Source: an uncultured Acidobacteriota bacterium (GTDB taxonomy: Bacteria > Acidobacteriota > Terriglobia > UBA7540). From it: DNA of 64,000 nt. The notes under the pieces were generated by a model. The model worked only from the letters and a program-made list of their open reading frames with translations, made no database searches and was not told where the DNA came from. Every line of letters begins with the position of its first letter. Within the stretch, counting starts at the first letter, position 1. Both the position numbers and the translations under genes were made by a program. Positions 1-9,631 of the stretch are shown piece after piece. The stretch spans positions 1,888,001 to 1,952,000 of the forward strand of contig CAWDSK010000006.1 of assembly GCA_963804995.1 (NCBI GenBank). The letters are read 5' to 3'.

Positions 1-1
1 C

Positions 2-625
2 AATGTTGTCGGCAGGATTGTGGGCATCACGATGATTGCGCAGCAGCGGAGACCACTGGCACGCGTTCAGCGGTTCTATGGGTCGGGCATCTACGCAATC
101 TATTACAAGGGTGACTTTGCGGCTTACAAAGCGATTTCGAACCGCGAGCACCCCATCTATGTTGGAAAAGCTGACCCTGCTGCCCCATCGGCCAAGACGC
201 CCATCGAGCAGGGCGAGCGCTTGTCCAACCGGTTAAAAGACCACCGAAGAACCATCACCAAGGCCGCGACCCTACGCTTGGAGGATTTCGAATACCGCGC
301 GCTCGTAGTACAAAGCGGATGGCAGGATGCCGCGGAGAAGTATCTCATTGACCTTTTCAAGCCGATATGGAACAAGGAGATCGGCATTTTGTATGGTATC
401 GGCAAGCACGGGGATGCTCCGGAGACGCGCGCGAATCTTCGCTCCCCCTGGGACACTCTGCATCCGGGGCGTGATTGGGCGCACCGCGACGAGAGTATGA
501 AGGATGCAAAGCCGCGCGCGCAGATCGTCAAGGAGATTTCGAGTCACCTCGCGGAAAACCCGCCTTTTGAAACGGTCGACCAGATTCTGCGCCGATTCCT
601 CGATGAAATGCGTACCCGGTCTTAG
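2..625 (+). CDS. Eco29kI-family GIY-YIG restriction endonuclease (5' end outside window)
   Basis: Motifs FYGSGIYAIYY...PIYVGKA, RL..H, E..LI..FKPIWN and G.G.H....R...RSPWDTLHPGR.WA are typical of the Eco29kI family; the frame is open back to the window edge. Confidence 0.85.
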   Translation, partial: NVVGRIVGITMIAQQRRPLARVQRFYGSGIYAIYYKGDFAAYKAISNREHPIYVGKADPAAPSAKTPIEQGERLSNRLKDHRRTITKAATLRLEDFEYRALVVQSGWQDAAEKYLIDLFKPIWNKEIGILYGIGKHGDAPETRANLRSPWDTLHPGRDWAHRDESMKDAKPRAQIVKEISSHLAENPPFETVDQILRRFLDEMRTRS

Positions 626-641
626 TAAGAGGGTATTTTTA

Positions 642-737
642 GGCGGGTTGGCGCAGAGCGAAGCTCTGCGTTGTTGTGCGCAAGGTGGGCAGGCTCAGAG
701 ACGTGAGTCGCAGAGCTGTGCTCTGCGCCCGCCGGCC
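642..737. repeat. ~95-bp palindromic repeat, copy 1 of 3
   Basis: GGCGGGTTGGCGCAGAGCGAAGCTCTGCG...CGCAGAGCTGTGCTCTGCGCCCGCCGGCC; near-identical to 1530-1625 and 2518-2610. Confidence 0.95.
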
Positions 738-847
738 CCTTACGCCGGACAAACACAAACGGGCAGTGGCGGCGACGCTTCCGAAAAATAATCCAAAGCA
801 AGGCAAGACAGTAAATCGCTATAGACGAAACGCGAGAGGATAAAACC

Positions 848-1510
848 GTGGACGATAATACGCTTCTCCTCTGGATCGATAGGGGAAAGAATCTTGCTGC
901 TCTTTTAGTTGTAATTGGCGTCGCAGGCGAATTACTTGGAGACTTCCTTGCAGGACCTGCTAGGAAAAGGCAAGAAGAATCGCGAAAACTAGAAATTGCA
1001 GGCCTTACCAAAAAGGCTGGCGAAGCAGACCAGAAGGCTGAAGGTTTCCGACTCCAAATAGCCCAGGCGAATGAGCGGGCGGCGAATGCTGAAAAAGAAA
1101 CGGCGCGGCTAAAAAGGACTGCTGAGGATGAGAGGATCGCGCGCGTTAGGATCGAAGAACGAATGGCACCGCGCAGAATTACATCCAAGCAGCATGATGA
1201 ATTTGTCTCAGTTCTGATACCGTATAGCGGTTCAGTCGTGGGGCTTGAACAGCTTGGGGAAAAGGAAGCGACAACTTTTGCTGAAGACATTCTAAACGTG
1301 CTCAGCGACTCAGGCTGGAACGTCCTAAAAAGTTTTTCTGGAATAGTTTCGCCACCTCCATACGGACTTATTTGCATCGTTGATGACAGCACACCAGCAG
1401 GTAAGGCCCTTGGTGCTTTGCTGAAGACACTTCCTACTGCAAACGTTAGATTCTCTCCAGTGAAGGGTGGAGTCGCCTCCATTCTTGTTGGCCTCAAGCC
1501 ACCGCCATAA
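848..1510 (+). CDS. Hypothetical membrane-anchored coiled-coil protein
   Basis: 220-aa ORF with GAGGA RBS before GTG, an N-terminal hydrophobic helix and a coiled-coil segment; visibly more AT-rich than the housekeeping genes. Confidence 0.7.
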   Translation: MDDNTLLLWIDRGKNLAALLVVIGVAGELLGDFLAGPARKRQEESRKLEIAGLTKKAGEADQKAEGFRLQIAQANERAANAEKETARLKRTAEDERIARVRIEERMAPRRITSKQHDEFVSVLIPYSGSVVGLEQLGEKEATTFAEDILNVLSDSGWNVLKSFSGIVSPPPYGLICIVDDSTPAGKALGALLKTLPTANVRFSPVKGGVASILVGLKPPP

Positions 1511-1529
1511 GCTAAAATGACGGGCAATA

Positions 1530-1625
1530 GGCCGGTTGGCGCAGAGCGAAACTCTGCGTTGTTGTGCGCAAGGTGGGCACGCTCAGAGACGTGAGTCGCA
1601 GAGCTGTGCTCTGCGACAGCCGGCC
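1530..1625. repeat. ~95-bp palindromic repeat, copy 2 of 3
   Basis: GGCCGGTTGGCGCAGAGC...GCTCTGCGACAGCCGGCC; its ends are reverse complements. Confidence 0.95.
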
Positions 1626-1657
1626 TGTTGAAGTTAGGCGGGGAGTATAATGCAATT

Positions 1658-2440
1658 TTATGGGCTTTGCTTGGCGATATCGCCATTATTTTTCCTCAGT
1701 GTACCGCAATAGCGTTCGAGATATTGAGGAACCGAAAACTTGACTCGCTTAAGGTTCTCAGGAAGCATAGCGGGGTTACTCTTGATGGTCTTCCCGTTAC
1801 CTTCTTCTGCTCCAAGTACTTGGAATGTGGCACCAAACACGTAATCGAAAAAATCATTCGCATTCGGCACCTTAAACAGAGCGTATCCTTCTCCCGGCAG
1901 AACAGAGCGAATAGGCATGGCCGTTAGTGGTAGAGGCTCAGGTCGAGGCGTGTTCTGTGGGTCGAGGATGAAAACCAACTCGCCCTTAAATTTTACCTGC
2001 ATAGATTGTCTCCAAATGTCCGTGCTACCACGCATTAGCTTTAAATGCCAATCTGATATTCGGACATGGCGGCTTCCGGCCACCTTTACCTCCAAAAGAA
2101 TAGCCATTGCGTTTTGATCCTGTGGGTCTCGGCCAAAGAACCCTTGCAAGATTAAGACATCAAACTCTGGCTTAGGATAATCGAGATTCTTGTCTTTCCT
2201 GTTTACCAGTGATTTCCAGATGCCTATCAAGGCAGGAAGCGCCATCGAAATCCCGAGGGCGGCCAGACCGACTATAATCCACACGGAGAGATTCATTTGT
2301 GTCCCTCCGCTCGCCTGGGGCACCCTTGGCTCTCTCGGAAAGAAATAGGCGATTGTTGCGATAATGGCGCAGTATGCCCCAGACACCGCTTGAATGACCT
2401 GTAAGATAAATGAGGACCCCAGCTTTTGAGCCATATACAC
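1658..2440 (-). CDS. Hypothetical membrane protein (2 N-terminal TM helices)
   Basis: 260-aa ORF with two hydrophobic stretches; AT-rich; no recognisable family. Confidence 0.6.
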   Translation of the reverse strand: MYMAQKLGSSFILQVIQAVSGAYCAIIATIAYFFPREPRVPQASGGTQMNLSVWIIVGLAALGISMALPALIGIWKSLVNRKDKNLDYPKPEFDVLILQGFFGRDPQDQNAMAILLEVKVAGSRHVRISDWHLKLMRGSTDIWRQSMQVKFKGELVFILDPQNTPRPEPLPLTAMPIRSVLPGEGYALFKVPNANDFFDYVFGATFQVLGAEEGNGKTIKSNPAMLPENLKRVKFSVPQYLERYCGTLRKNNGDIAKQSP

Positions 2441-2517
2441 CTCGATAGAGGAAATGTTTGCCTATCATCCTCTGCCGATCGAGGTGATTCAAGTTGTTTG
2501 TGGAAACCTACGGATTT

Positions 2518-2610
2518 TGGCAGGTTGGCGCAGAGCGAAGCTCTGCGTTGTTGTGCGTAAGGTGGGCAGGCTCAGAGATGTGAGGCGCAGAGCTGTGCGC
2601 CAGCCGGCCA
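2518..2610. repeat. ~95-bp palindromic repeat, copy 3 of 3
   Basis: TGGCAGGTTGGCGCAGAGCGAAGCTCTGCG...GCGCCAGCCGGCCA, with a small deletion in the right-hand hairpin. Confidence 0.93.
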
Positions 2611-2739
2611 GTCTATTCTGCTGCTTTGGAAGAACAAAATCAAACTATGACGGTGTGTTACGCGACGCCTCCGGCAGTGACTCATGCTGAGGCGCCACGG
2701 CCATCTGAAGGTGTGAAAAATCGTCTAAAACCTTCTTAC

Positions 2740-2821
2740 CGCAGAGACGCTGAGGCGCAGAGATCTAAAACAATTAACTGATCTGTATTCTTTGGGGCCT
2801 CCGCGCCTCTGCGTCTCTGCG
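2740..2821. repeat. Inverted-repeat element (CGCAGAGACGC.GAGGCGC.GAG arms around an AT-rich core)
   Basis: Left arm CGCAGAGACGCTGAGGCGCAGAG; right arm CTCCGCGCCTCTGCGTCTCTGCG. Confidence 0.75.
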
Positions 2822-2861
2822 CGAGATGCTTTGGCTCGTTCAGGGATTTTTTCACGACTTC

Positions 2862-3051
2862 GGATGGCCACGCCAATTTTTTCGGACAATTCGCTGCCCA
2901 CCTTGCATTTTTGGGCTACCGGTAGCCCAAACGCTCGTTTATCCTATTGACATAAACCACTCGATTAAGAGCACAATAGAGGTGAAGAGGCGTAGCGCCA
3001 TGATGCGTCTAGGCAGCACTCGAACAACCACGGCCCCAAAAACGGGGGTCT
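2862..3051 (+). repeat. 190-bp dispersed module, copy 1 (22-bp perfect palindrome, TTGACA, SD-ATGATG)
   Basis: Collinear high similarity to 50011-50201; palindrome TTTGGGCTACCGGTAGCCCAAA at 2910-2931. Confidence 0.9.
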
Positions 3052-3476
3052 GCCATGCCTCACGAACCCTCCGACAAACGTCCGGGAAGGGGCCGGTGAC
3101 CCATAGAGATGTTAAAAATGAAGGTCGATCCGGCGATGTGTATGAAAACACAGGAGAGTTCGACAAAATGTCAGGCTATTGTTCGAGTTTTTTGCAGAAA
3201 ATTCCGGGATTTTGCGAAAATAAACGGCATTCGATCAGGATTGTTGGCCGAAAATGCACAGGTTATGCGGAAATTCGGGGCGAATCAGCGACGAAGCCGA
3301 GTAGGTGCCATGCCGGATTGGGAATCAATGCGTCCGAACTGAAATTAGCCATAGTGCACCGCTACCTGCCCCCTCCGTGCCTTGACCGGTTTGGAGAGTC
3401 TGTGCTAGGTTGGTTGTTTTCCTTGATTAGGATTTCTGGGGTGGGGGATTCAGTTTTGGCTGGGCCGACAGAAGCG

Positions 3477-4574
3477 ATGCTGAAACAAACGGCGCTGAAC
3501 GCTGTGCATCGGGCCGCCGGCGCCAGGATGGTGGATTTTTGCGGCTGGGACATGCCGGTCGAGTATTCCGGCATCACCCGCGAACATCTGGCCGTGCGCA
3601 CAGCAGCGGGACTCTTCGATGTGAGTCACATGGGGGAAATCGAAGTCTACGGCGCCCCGGCCTGCAGCCTTCTCCAGTTCGTCACGTCCAACAACGTCTC
3701 CCGCTTAGTCGACAATCAAGCTCAGTACAGCGCGCTGATGATGCCTAACGGCGCCGCCATCGATGATTGCATCGTCCACCGCTTTTCGGAGGACCATTAC
3801 TTTATCTGCGTGAACGCCGCCAATACGGACCGGGATTACGACTGGATCACCAAGCACAATTCCTTTGGCGCTGGGGTACGCAACGTTTCCGCGCACTACT
3901 CTCAGGTGGCCCTGCAAGGGCCGCGTGCGGTTGAGATCATGGCTAAAGTCACGGCGCCCGCTCCAGGGGATTTGAAGTATTACTGGTTCCGAGCGGCCCG
4001 TTGTTGCGGTGTGGAAGGGATGCTGGCGCGGACCGGATATACCGGCGAGGATGGCTTCGAGTTCTATTTCCCACCGGATCAGTCTGTCGAGGTGTGGAAC
4101 GGACTTTTGGAAGCGGGCAAGACCGAGGGCCTGATTCCGGTCGGCCTGGGGGCTCGCAACACGCTGCGGCTCGAGGCGGCATACCCTCTCTACGGACACG
4201 AACTGGACGAAGAGACCACGCTTCTGGAAGCCAACCTCGGCTGGATCACGAGGCTTGAGAAGGGGGATTTCCTGGGGCGCCAGGCGCTCCTTCGGCAGCG
4301 CGAGCGGGGTGTCTCGAAGAAGCTGGTGGGATTTGAAATGACCGACCGGCCCATTGCGCGCGATGGGTATCCCGTCTGGGTGGACGGAGGGGCCGTGGGG
4401 AAAGTCACCAGTGGCTCGCCCGCCCCCTTCCTTAAGAAGAATATCGGATTAGCTTATGTGCCCTCCTCTTCGACCGAGGTGGGGCGCGAGATTGATATTG
4501 AAATTCGCGGGAAACTCGCACCCGCGCGGATTGTTTCACTACCTTTCTACAAGCGTCCGAAGTTAGGAAACTAG
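3477..4574 (+). CDS. gcvT: Glycine cleavage system aminomethyltransferase T
   Basis: LKQTALN.VH...GARMVDF.GW.MPV.Y, GLFDVSHMGE, RTGYTGEDGFE, GLGARNTLRLEA. Start set at ATG 3477 (TTG 3456 possible); the upstream in-frame extension is repeat-derived. Confidence 0.97.
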   Translation: MLKQTALNAVHRAAGARMVDFCGWDMPVEYSGITREHLAVRTAAGLFDVSHMGEIEVYGAPACSLLQFVTSNNVSRLVDNQAQYSALMMPNGAAIDDCIVHRFSEDHYFICVNAANTDRDYDWITKHNSFGAGVRNVSAHYSQVALQGPRAVEIMAKVTAPAPGDLKYYWFRAARCCGVEGMLARTGYTGEDGFEFYFPPDQSVEVWNGLLEAGKTEGLIPVGLGARNTLRLEAAYPLYGHELDEETTLLEANLGWITRLEKGDFLGRQALLRQRERGVSKKLVGFEMTDRPIARDGYPVWVDGGAVGKVTSGSPAPFLKKNIGLAYVPSSSTEVGREIDIEIRGKLAPARIVSLPFYKRPKLGN

Positions 4575-4666
4575 GCCCGGGTTTCCTTCGGCCCGCCGAC
4601 CCTGCCAAAGTGGCGCCGGAAGCCACGAAGTAGCGGCGGCGTAATCAAAACGGAGAAGAGTTCCCC

Positions 4667-5056
4667 ATGTACCCACCAGAATTCCTTTACACCAAAGACC
4701 ACGAGTGGATCCGAGTGGACGAGTCCGTGGGAACGATCGGCATCACCGATTACGCCCAGAAAGAATTGGGCGATGTCGTCTTCGTGGAACTGCCCAAGCC
4801 CGGCGACCACGTGACGGCAGCGGAGTCCTTCGGCACCATCGAGTCGGTCAAAGCAGTATCCGAGATCTATTCCCCGGTAAATGGCGAGGTGACCGCCGTC
4901 AACGGCAAGCTTCAGAACAACCCGGAGATCGTCAACACCGACCCACATGGTGACGCCTGGTTGATTAAAGTTCGGCTGGCCGACCGCACCGAAATCGACA
5001 AGCTGATGACTGCGGATGAATACGAGGCGTACATCCAACAGGAAAAGGCCCATTGA
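4667..5056 (+). CDS. gcvH: Glycine cleavage system H protein
   Basis: YTKDHEW, GITDYAQ.ELGDVVFVELP, lipoyl-lysine motif IESVKAVSEIYSP. Confidence 0.98.
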   Translation: MYPPEFLYTKDHEWIRVDESVGTIGITDYAQKELGDVVFVELPKPGDHVTAAESFGTIESVKAVSEIYSPVNGEVTAVNGKLQNNPEIVNTDPHGDAWLIKVRLADRTEIDKLMTADEYEAYIQQEKAH

Positions 5057-6420
5057 TGCGCTATTTGCCGAACTCGCCGGCTGACCGGCAAGCCATGCTC
5101 CGGGCCACGGGAAATACCTCGATCGCCGAACTCTTCCGGCAGATTCCCGCTGAGCTCAGATTCCGTGGAGACCTGAATCTTCCCGGGCCGCTCTCGGAGG
5201 CCGAAATCCTCACGTTCTTCGAGCAGGCCGCCGGCGCCACCAGCCGCGAGTACGTTTCCCTGCTCGGGGCGGGGACCTATTCGCACTATCGCCCGGTCGT
5301 AGTGGATGCCCTGCTCTCACGCGGCGAGTTCTTCACCGCTTACACACCATACCAGGCTGAAATCTCTCAGGGAACCCTTCAGGCGATGTTCGAGTTTCAG
5401 ACCTTAATGGCGCAGCTCACGGGCCAGGAGGTCTCGAACGCTTCCCTCTACGACGGGTCGACCGCGACTACCGAAGCCGTGCTGATGGCCTTGCGCGTCA
5501 CTCGCCGCCGCCGTGTCGTGCTGGCGCGAACCCTGCACCCGGAATACCGCCAGGTGCTGAAGACTTTTGTGCGCCAACAGGACGTCACGCTGGCGGACGT
5601 ACCCTGCACCGCCACTGGCCAGATCGACATGGCGCAACTCGAAGCCACGCTCGACTCGGAAACGGCCGCCGTGGTGATCCAGTCACCGAATTTCTTCGGG
5701 ACGCTGGAGCACACCTCCGAGGTTGCGTCCCTCGTGCACCGCCATGGCGCATTGTTGATTGTCGCCATCACGGAGCCGCTGTCCCTGGCCATCGTCAAGC
5801 CTCCCAGCTCTGCCGACATCGTTTGCGGTGAGGCGCAGTCCTTCGGAGTGCCAGTTTCCTACGGTGGGCCTTACGTGGGCTTCCTGACCACGCAGGAAAA
5901 ATTCCTTCGCCAGATGCCCGGGCGCCTGGTTGGCCAGACCGTCGACACGGAGGGCCGGCGTGGCTTTTGCCTGACCCTGGCAACGCGCGAACAACACATC
6001 CGGCGGGAGAAGGCCACCTCGAACATCTGCACCAATCAGTCACTGTGCGCGCTGGCGGCGACGATTTATCTCTGCCTGCTGGGCAAAACGGGGCTGAAGA
6101 TGCTCGCGGAGCAGAACCTTGCCAAGACTCATTACGCCGCCACCCGGTTGCGGGAAATCCCCGGTGTCGCAACGCCGTTTAGTGGCGCTTGCTTCAATGA
6201 ATTTGTGATTCGGGTTCCGGGTGATGCCGGGCACCTGCTGGAAGAGTTGCGCCGGGATAAGATTATTGGCGGCCTGCAACTGGAGCGGTTCTACCCGGAA
6301 CTCAAGAACCACCTGCTGATCTGTGTCACCGAAATGGTCAGCAAGGCTGCTATCGACCGCTTGGTGGCCGCGTGCCGTCAATTTGCCGTGAGCCCCCGGC
6401 TTGCGGCTCAAACCACTTAG
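5056..6420 (+). CDS. gcvPA: Glycine dehydrogenase subunit 1
   Basis: FTAYTPYQAEISQG.LQ..FEFQT, NASLYDG, TREQHIRREKATSNICTN. Confidence 0.97.
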   Translation: MRYLPNSPADRQAMLRATGNTSIAELFRQIPAELRFRGDLNLPGPLSEAEILTFFEQAAGATSREYVSLLGAGTYSHYRPVVVDALLSRGEFFTAYTPYQAEISQGTLQAMFEFQTLMAQLTGQEVSNASLYDGSTATTEAVLMALRVTRRRRVVLARTLHPEYRQVLKTFVRQQDVTLADVPCTATGQIDMAQLEATLDSETAAVVIQSPNFFGTLEHTSEVASLVHRHGALLIVAITEPLSLAIVKPPSSADIVCGEAQSFGVPVSYGGPYVGFLTTQEKFLRQMPGRLVGQTVDTEGRRGFCLTLATREQHIRREKATSNICTNQSLCALAATIYLCLLGKTGLKMLAEQNLAKTHYAATRLREIPGVATPFSGACFNEFVIRVPGDAGHLLEELRRDKIIGGLQLERFYPELKNHLLICVTEMVSKAAIDRLVAACRQFAVSPRLAAQTT

Positions 6421-6488
6421 GCCGGATTTTTCACGATGGAGGGGAAGGGCTAGGCTGGAGGCGTTCGTAGGGACTGTGGTTACAACCG

Positions 6489-7988
6489 ATGGCAATGGAA
6501 AATCGCATACACGAAGCGCGTGTTCACGTCACCCGCAATGAAGGACTGATCTTCGAGCGGAGTTCGCCGGGCAAAGTCGGCGCCGAACTCTCTCCCCTGG
6601 ACGTCCCCGCCGTGTCGCCCGCCGAATGGCTGGGTGCGGATCTGGTGCGCGCGGAAATTGACGGCTTCCCGGAAGTCTCCGAACTCGAGGTCATCCGCCA
6701 CTTCACGCGCCTTTCCACCTGGAATTATGGCGTGGACACCGGCCTCTATCCGCTGGGCTCCTGCACGATGAAATACAACGCCGCGCATCAATGAAGTGGT
6801 GGCGCGGTTGGAGGGCCTGGCGACCGACCATCCCTATACTCCCGAGGAATTGGCGCAAGGTTGTTTGCGGATTCTGCATGAGACGGCTCGCTGCCTGCGC
6901 GAAATCACCGGGATGGACGCCATTTCGCTGCAACCCTCCGCCGGCGCCCAGGGAGAACTGACGGGCATCCTGATGATGCGCGCCTGCCTTGCGGAGCGCG
7001 GCAATCCCCGCAAGTACATCCTGATTCCTGACTCCGCGCATGGCACCAACCCGGCCAGCGTCACGATTTCCGGCTACCAGGTCCGGAACATCAAATCGAA
7101 CGAGCTCGGCTGCGTTGACCCTCGTGACGTGGTTCGTGCCATGGATGCGGACGTGGCCGGATTGATGCTGACCAATCCCAACACGCTGGGGATTTTCGAG
7201 TCGGAAATTCATAAGATCGCGGAGATAGTCCATGCGAAGGGCGGCCTCGTTTACATGGACGGCGCCAATATGAATGCGCTGGTGGGCATTGCGCGCCCCG
7301 CGGATTTTGGCGTGGACGTGATGCACCTGAACCTGCACAAGACTTTCTCCACCCCGCACGGCGGCGGCGGTCCGGGCTCAGGTCCGGTGGCCGTAAAGAA
7401 AATCCTGGAGCCCTACTTGCCCTCGCCTAGCGTGGAAGAATCAGCAGACGGAAACTCCACCTCAACTATGATCGCCCCAAGAGCATCGGCCGCGTGCGGG
7501 CTTTTTATGGGAACTTCGGAATGGCGGTGCGGGCACTGGCGTACATTCTGGCGAATGGACCGGAGGGTCTGCGGCAAACCACCGAAGATGCCGTGCTGAA
7601 CGCCAACTATGTGCGCAGCCAGTTGCGCGGCCATTACGATCTGCCCTACGACCTGCCCTGCATGCACGAATGCGTTTTCTCGGATCGTCGCCAGGCCGCG
7701 AAGGGTGTGCACACGGGCGATATTGCGAAGCGCCTGATTGATTATGGATTCCATCCCTACACCACGGCGTTTCCTCTGATCGTGGCGGGTGCGCTGATGA
7801 TCGAACCAACGGAAAGCGCCGGTAAGGAAGAAATGGATGCCTTCATCGACGCGCTGAAGTCGATTGCGGAGGAAGTGGAGCGCGATCCCGAATTTGTTCT
7901 GAAGGCTCCCTACTCAACGCGTGTGACTCGCCTTGACGAAGTCACTGCCGCCCGCAGACCCATTCTGCGCTGGAAACCGCAACCCTAG
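6489..7988 (+). pseudogene. gcvPB: Glycine dehydrogenase subunit 2 with two frameshifts (probably sequencing errors)
   Basis: YPLGSCTMKYN, DSAHGTNPAS, HLNLHKTFSTPHGGGGPG and MIEPTES lie in three frames; extra G near 6780 and missing A near 7453. Confidence 0.9.
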
Positions 7989-8512
7989 GCCGTTCTCATT
8001 CACTACACCAGCGGTGAGCCGGCGTAGCGAAGTGCGGCCGAGCCGCTAGTGAAAAGCCATAGGAAGAAAACGCATGAGCTTGGGAAAAGTAGTGGGACCT
8101 CGCTCGCTATGCCCCGCGGAGCGCAACAAGTGGGACATGTCCCACTTTGACGAATAGTCGCTGACCTGCACGAACCGAATCGCAGTTCACGCAATGCCGA
8201 GCCCAATTTCCTCGCCCCTCGTCGACCCGGGTGTGCTGCTTCTCCGCTGCTGGGTCTCACGCCAACTCTGGCCAGATTAAGAACCGCAGGCATCATGCTA
8301 ACTGGACTCCTGTCACCTGGTACAAGCAGGAATGCACCTTTTTGCACCCTTCCGGGGGTGTTGTAAAGCAAAGCTGATGGCACCTAGCCAAATTATGGGA
8401 ATTCGAAAGTTCTTCACGAAGTGAAGGGCATTAGGTAAAGTGGATTCGACGCGCTGCTCCACCCGGCGCGCGACGAAGAACGCCTTCACGATTAGCGTTT
8501 CGCGGAGTCTTC

Positions 8513-9562
8513 ATGCCATCATCTTACCGGCGAGATTTTCTGAAGCAATCTGCCGCCCTGCTGGCTTTAGGAGGGACGTTGCCCATGTCCGCTGAGCCTC
8601 ATCTGGAAAGATCCGCCCCGGATTTTGCCGCTCACCAGGCCCAACGCCGCAAGGATTTGTGGAGCCTGCTAGGTGATCTTCCCTGGCAGCACAAGCCTGG
8701 ACCCGCCAAGGTGCTGTCGACGGAGAAGCGTGACGGCTATACGCTCGAGCGATTGGTGCTGGACCTCAATGGTCTCGAGCCCGTCCCCGCCTTGCTGCTG
8801 ATTCCCGACCGCCGCGCCGCGCGAGCTCCGGGCCTGCTCTACATCCACTGGCATGGAGGCATGTACGACCTGGGCAAGGAGCAGCTCCTGGTGGGAGTTG
8901 ACGCCCAGCCCGCCTATGCTCCGGTCGCGGCCGAGAAGGGTCTGGTGACTCTGGCCATTGACAGTTGGTGTTTCGGCGAGCGCAAGCACGATGAAAATGG
9001 CAGCCGCGGCGAGGCGGACGCCTTCAAGCAAATGCTCTGGTACGGCCGGGTTTTGTGGGGAATGATGATGTTCGACGAGTTCCGCGCCTTCGATTATCTG
9101 GCCGGCCGCCCGGAGGTTGACCCAAACCGCATCGGGGTTCTGGGAATGTCCATGGGATCAACCAAGGCGTGGTGGCTGGCGGCGCTGGAGCCTCGGGTGC
9201 GGGCGTGTATGGACGTCTGCTGCCTCACGGATTTCGAAGAGCTCATGCGGATTCACAACCTGAGCGGGCATGGGGTTTATTATTTCGTGCCCTCTTTGCT
9301 CAAGCATTTCCAGACGCCCCAAATCAATGAGCTGATTGTGCCCCGCGCGCGGCTGAGCGTAAACGGCAGCCAGGATGACTTGACCCCGCCGCCGGGGGTG
9401 GAGCGGATCCGCGACTACCTGCTGCCCCTCTACCAGAAATTCGGCAAGCCCGAGGATTGCCACATCGAGCTCTTCGATTGTCCGCACGTGGAACTTCCCC
9501 AGATGCGCCAACTCATTCTGGCCTGGATGGACAAGTATCTGCGCGCCCCGCAAGCCACTTAA
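8513..9562 (+). CDS. Tat-exported alpha/beta hydrolase (dienelactone hydrolase / acetylxylan esterase-like)
   Basis: RRDFLK twin-arginine signal; G.SMG nucleophile elbow (GMSMG); later Asp and His candidates for the catalytic triad. Confidence 0.85.
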   Translation: MPSSYRRDFLKQSAALLALGGTLPMSAEPHLERSAPDFAAHQAQRRKDLWSLLGDLPWQHKPGPAKVLSTEKRDGYTLERLVLDLNGLEPVPALLLIPDRRAARAPGLLYIHWHGGMYDLGKEQLLVGVDAQPAYAPVAAEKGLVTLAIDSWCFGERKHDENGSRGEADAFKQMLWYGRVLWGMMMFDEFRAFDYLAGRPEVDPNRIGVLGMSMGSTKAWWLAALEPRVRACMDVCCLTDFEELMRIHNLSGHGVYYFVPSLLKHFQTPQINELIVPRARLSVNGSQDDLTPPPGVERIRDYLLPLYQKFGKPEDCHIELFDCPHVELPQMRQLILAWMDKYLRAPQAT

Positions 9563-9631
9563 CATGCCTTAACATTCAGCCTGACCCGCTGCACGCTGCA
9601 CCAATACCCGGCGCTTTCATCAGCCGGAGCG

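Noticed and set aside
622..1686. 354-aa minus-strand ORF
   Set aside because: It is an antisense shadow of 848-1510 that runs through two repeat copies; its internal peptide repeat simply reflects the DNA repeat.
642..2610. Classical integron attC sites or a CRISPR array
   Set aside because: There are no consistent RYYYAAC/GTTRRRY boxes (only one GTTAGGC after copy 2), no intI or cas gene is in the window, and the spacers are gene-sized.
2826..3476. 217-aa N-terminal extension of GcvT
   Set aside because: It derives from the dispersed repeat module. GcvT homology starts near 3477, and a promoter-like TTGACC...TAGGTT lies at about 3382-3411.
3200..3476. Glycine riboswitch upstream of gcvT
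   Set aside because: Only an isolated GGAGAG is present; the CCGAAG and CTCTCAGG elements were not found.
6770..7460. Programmed ribosomal frameshifting in gcvPB
   Set aside because: There is no slippery heptamer or stimulatory structure, and similar indels are scattered through unrelated genes.
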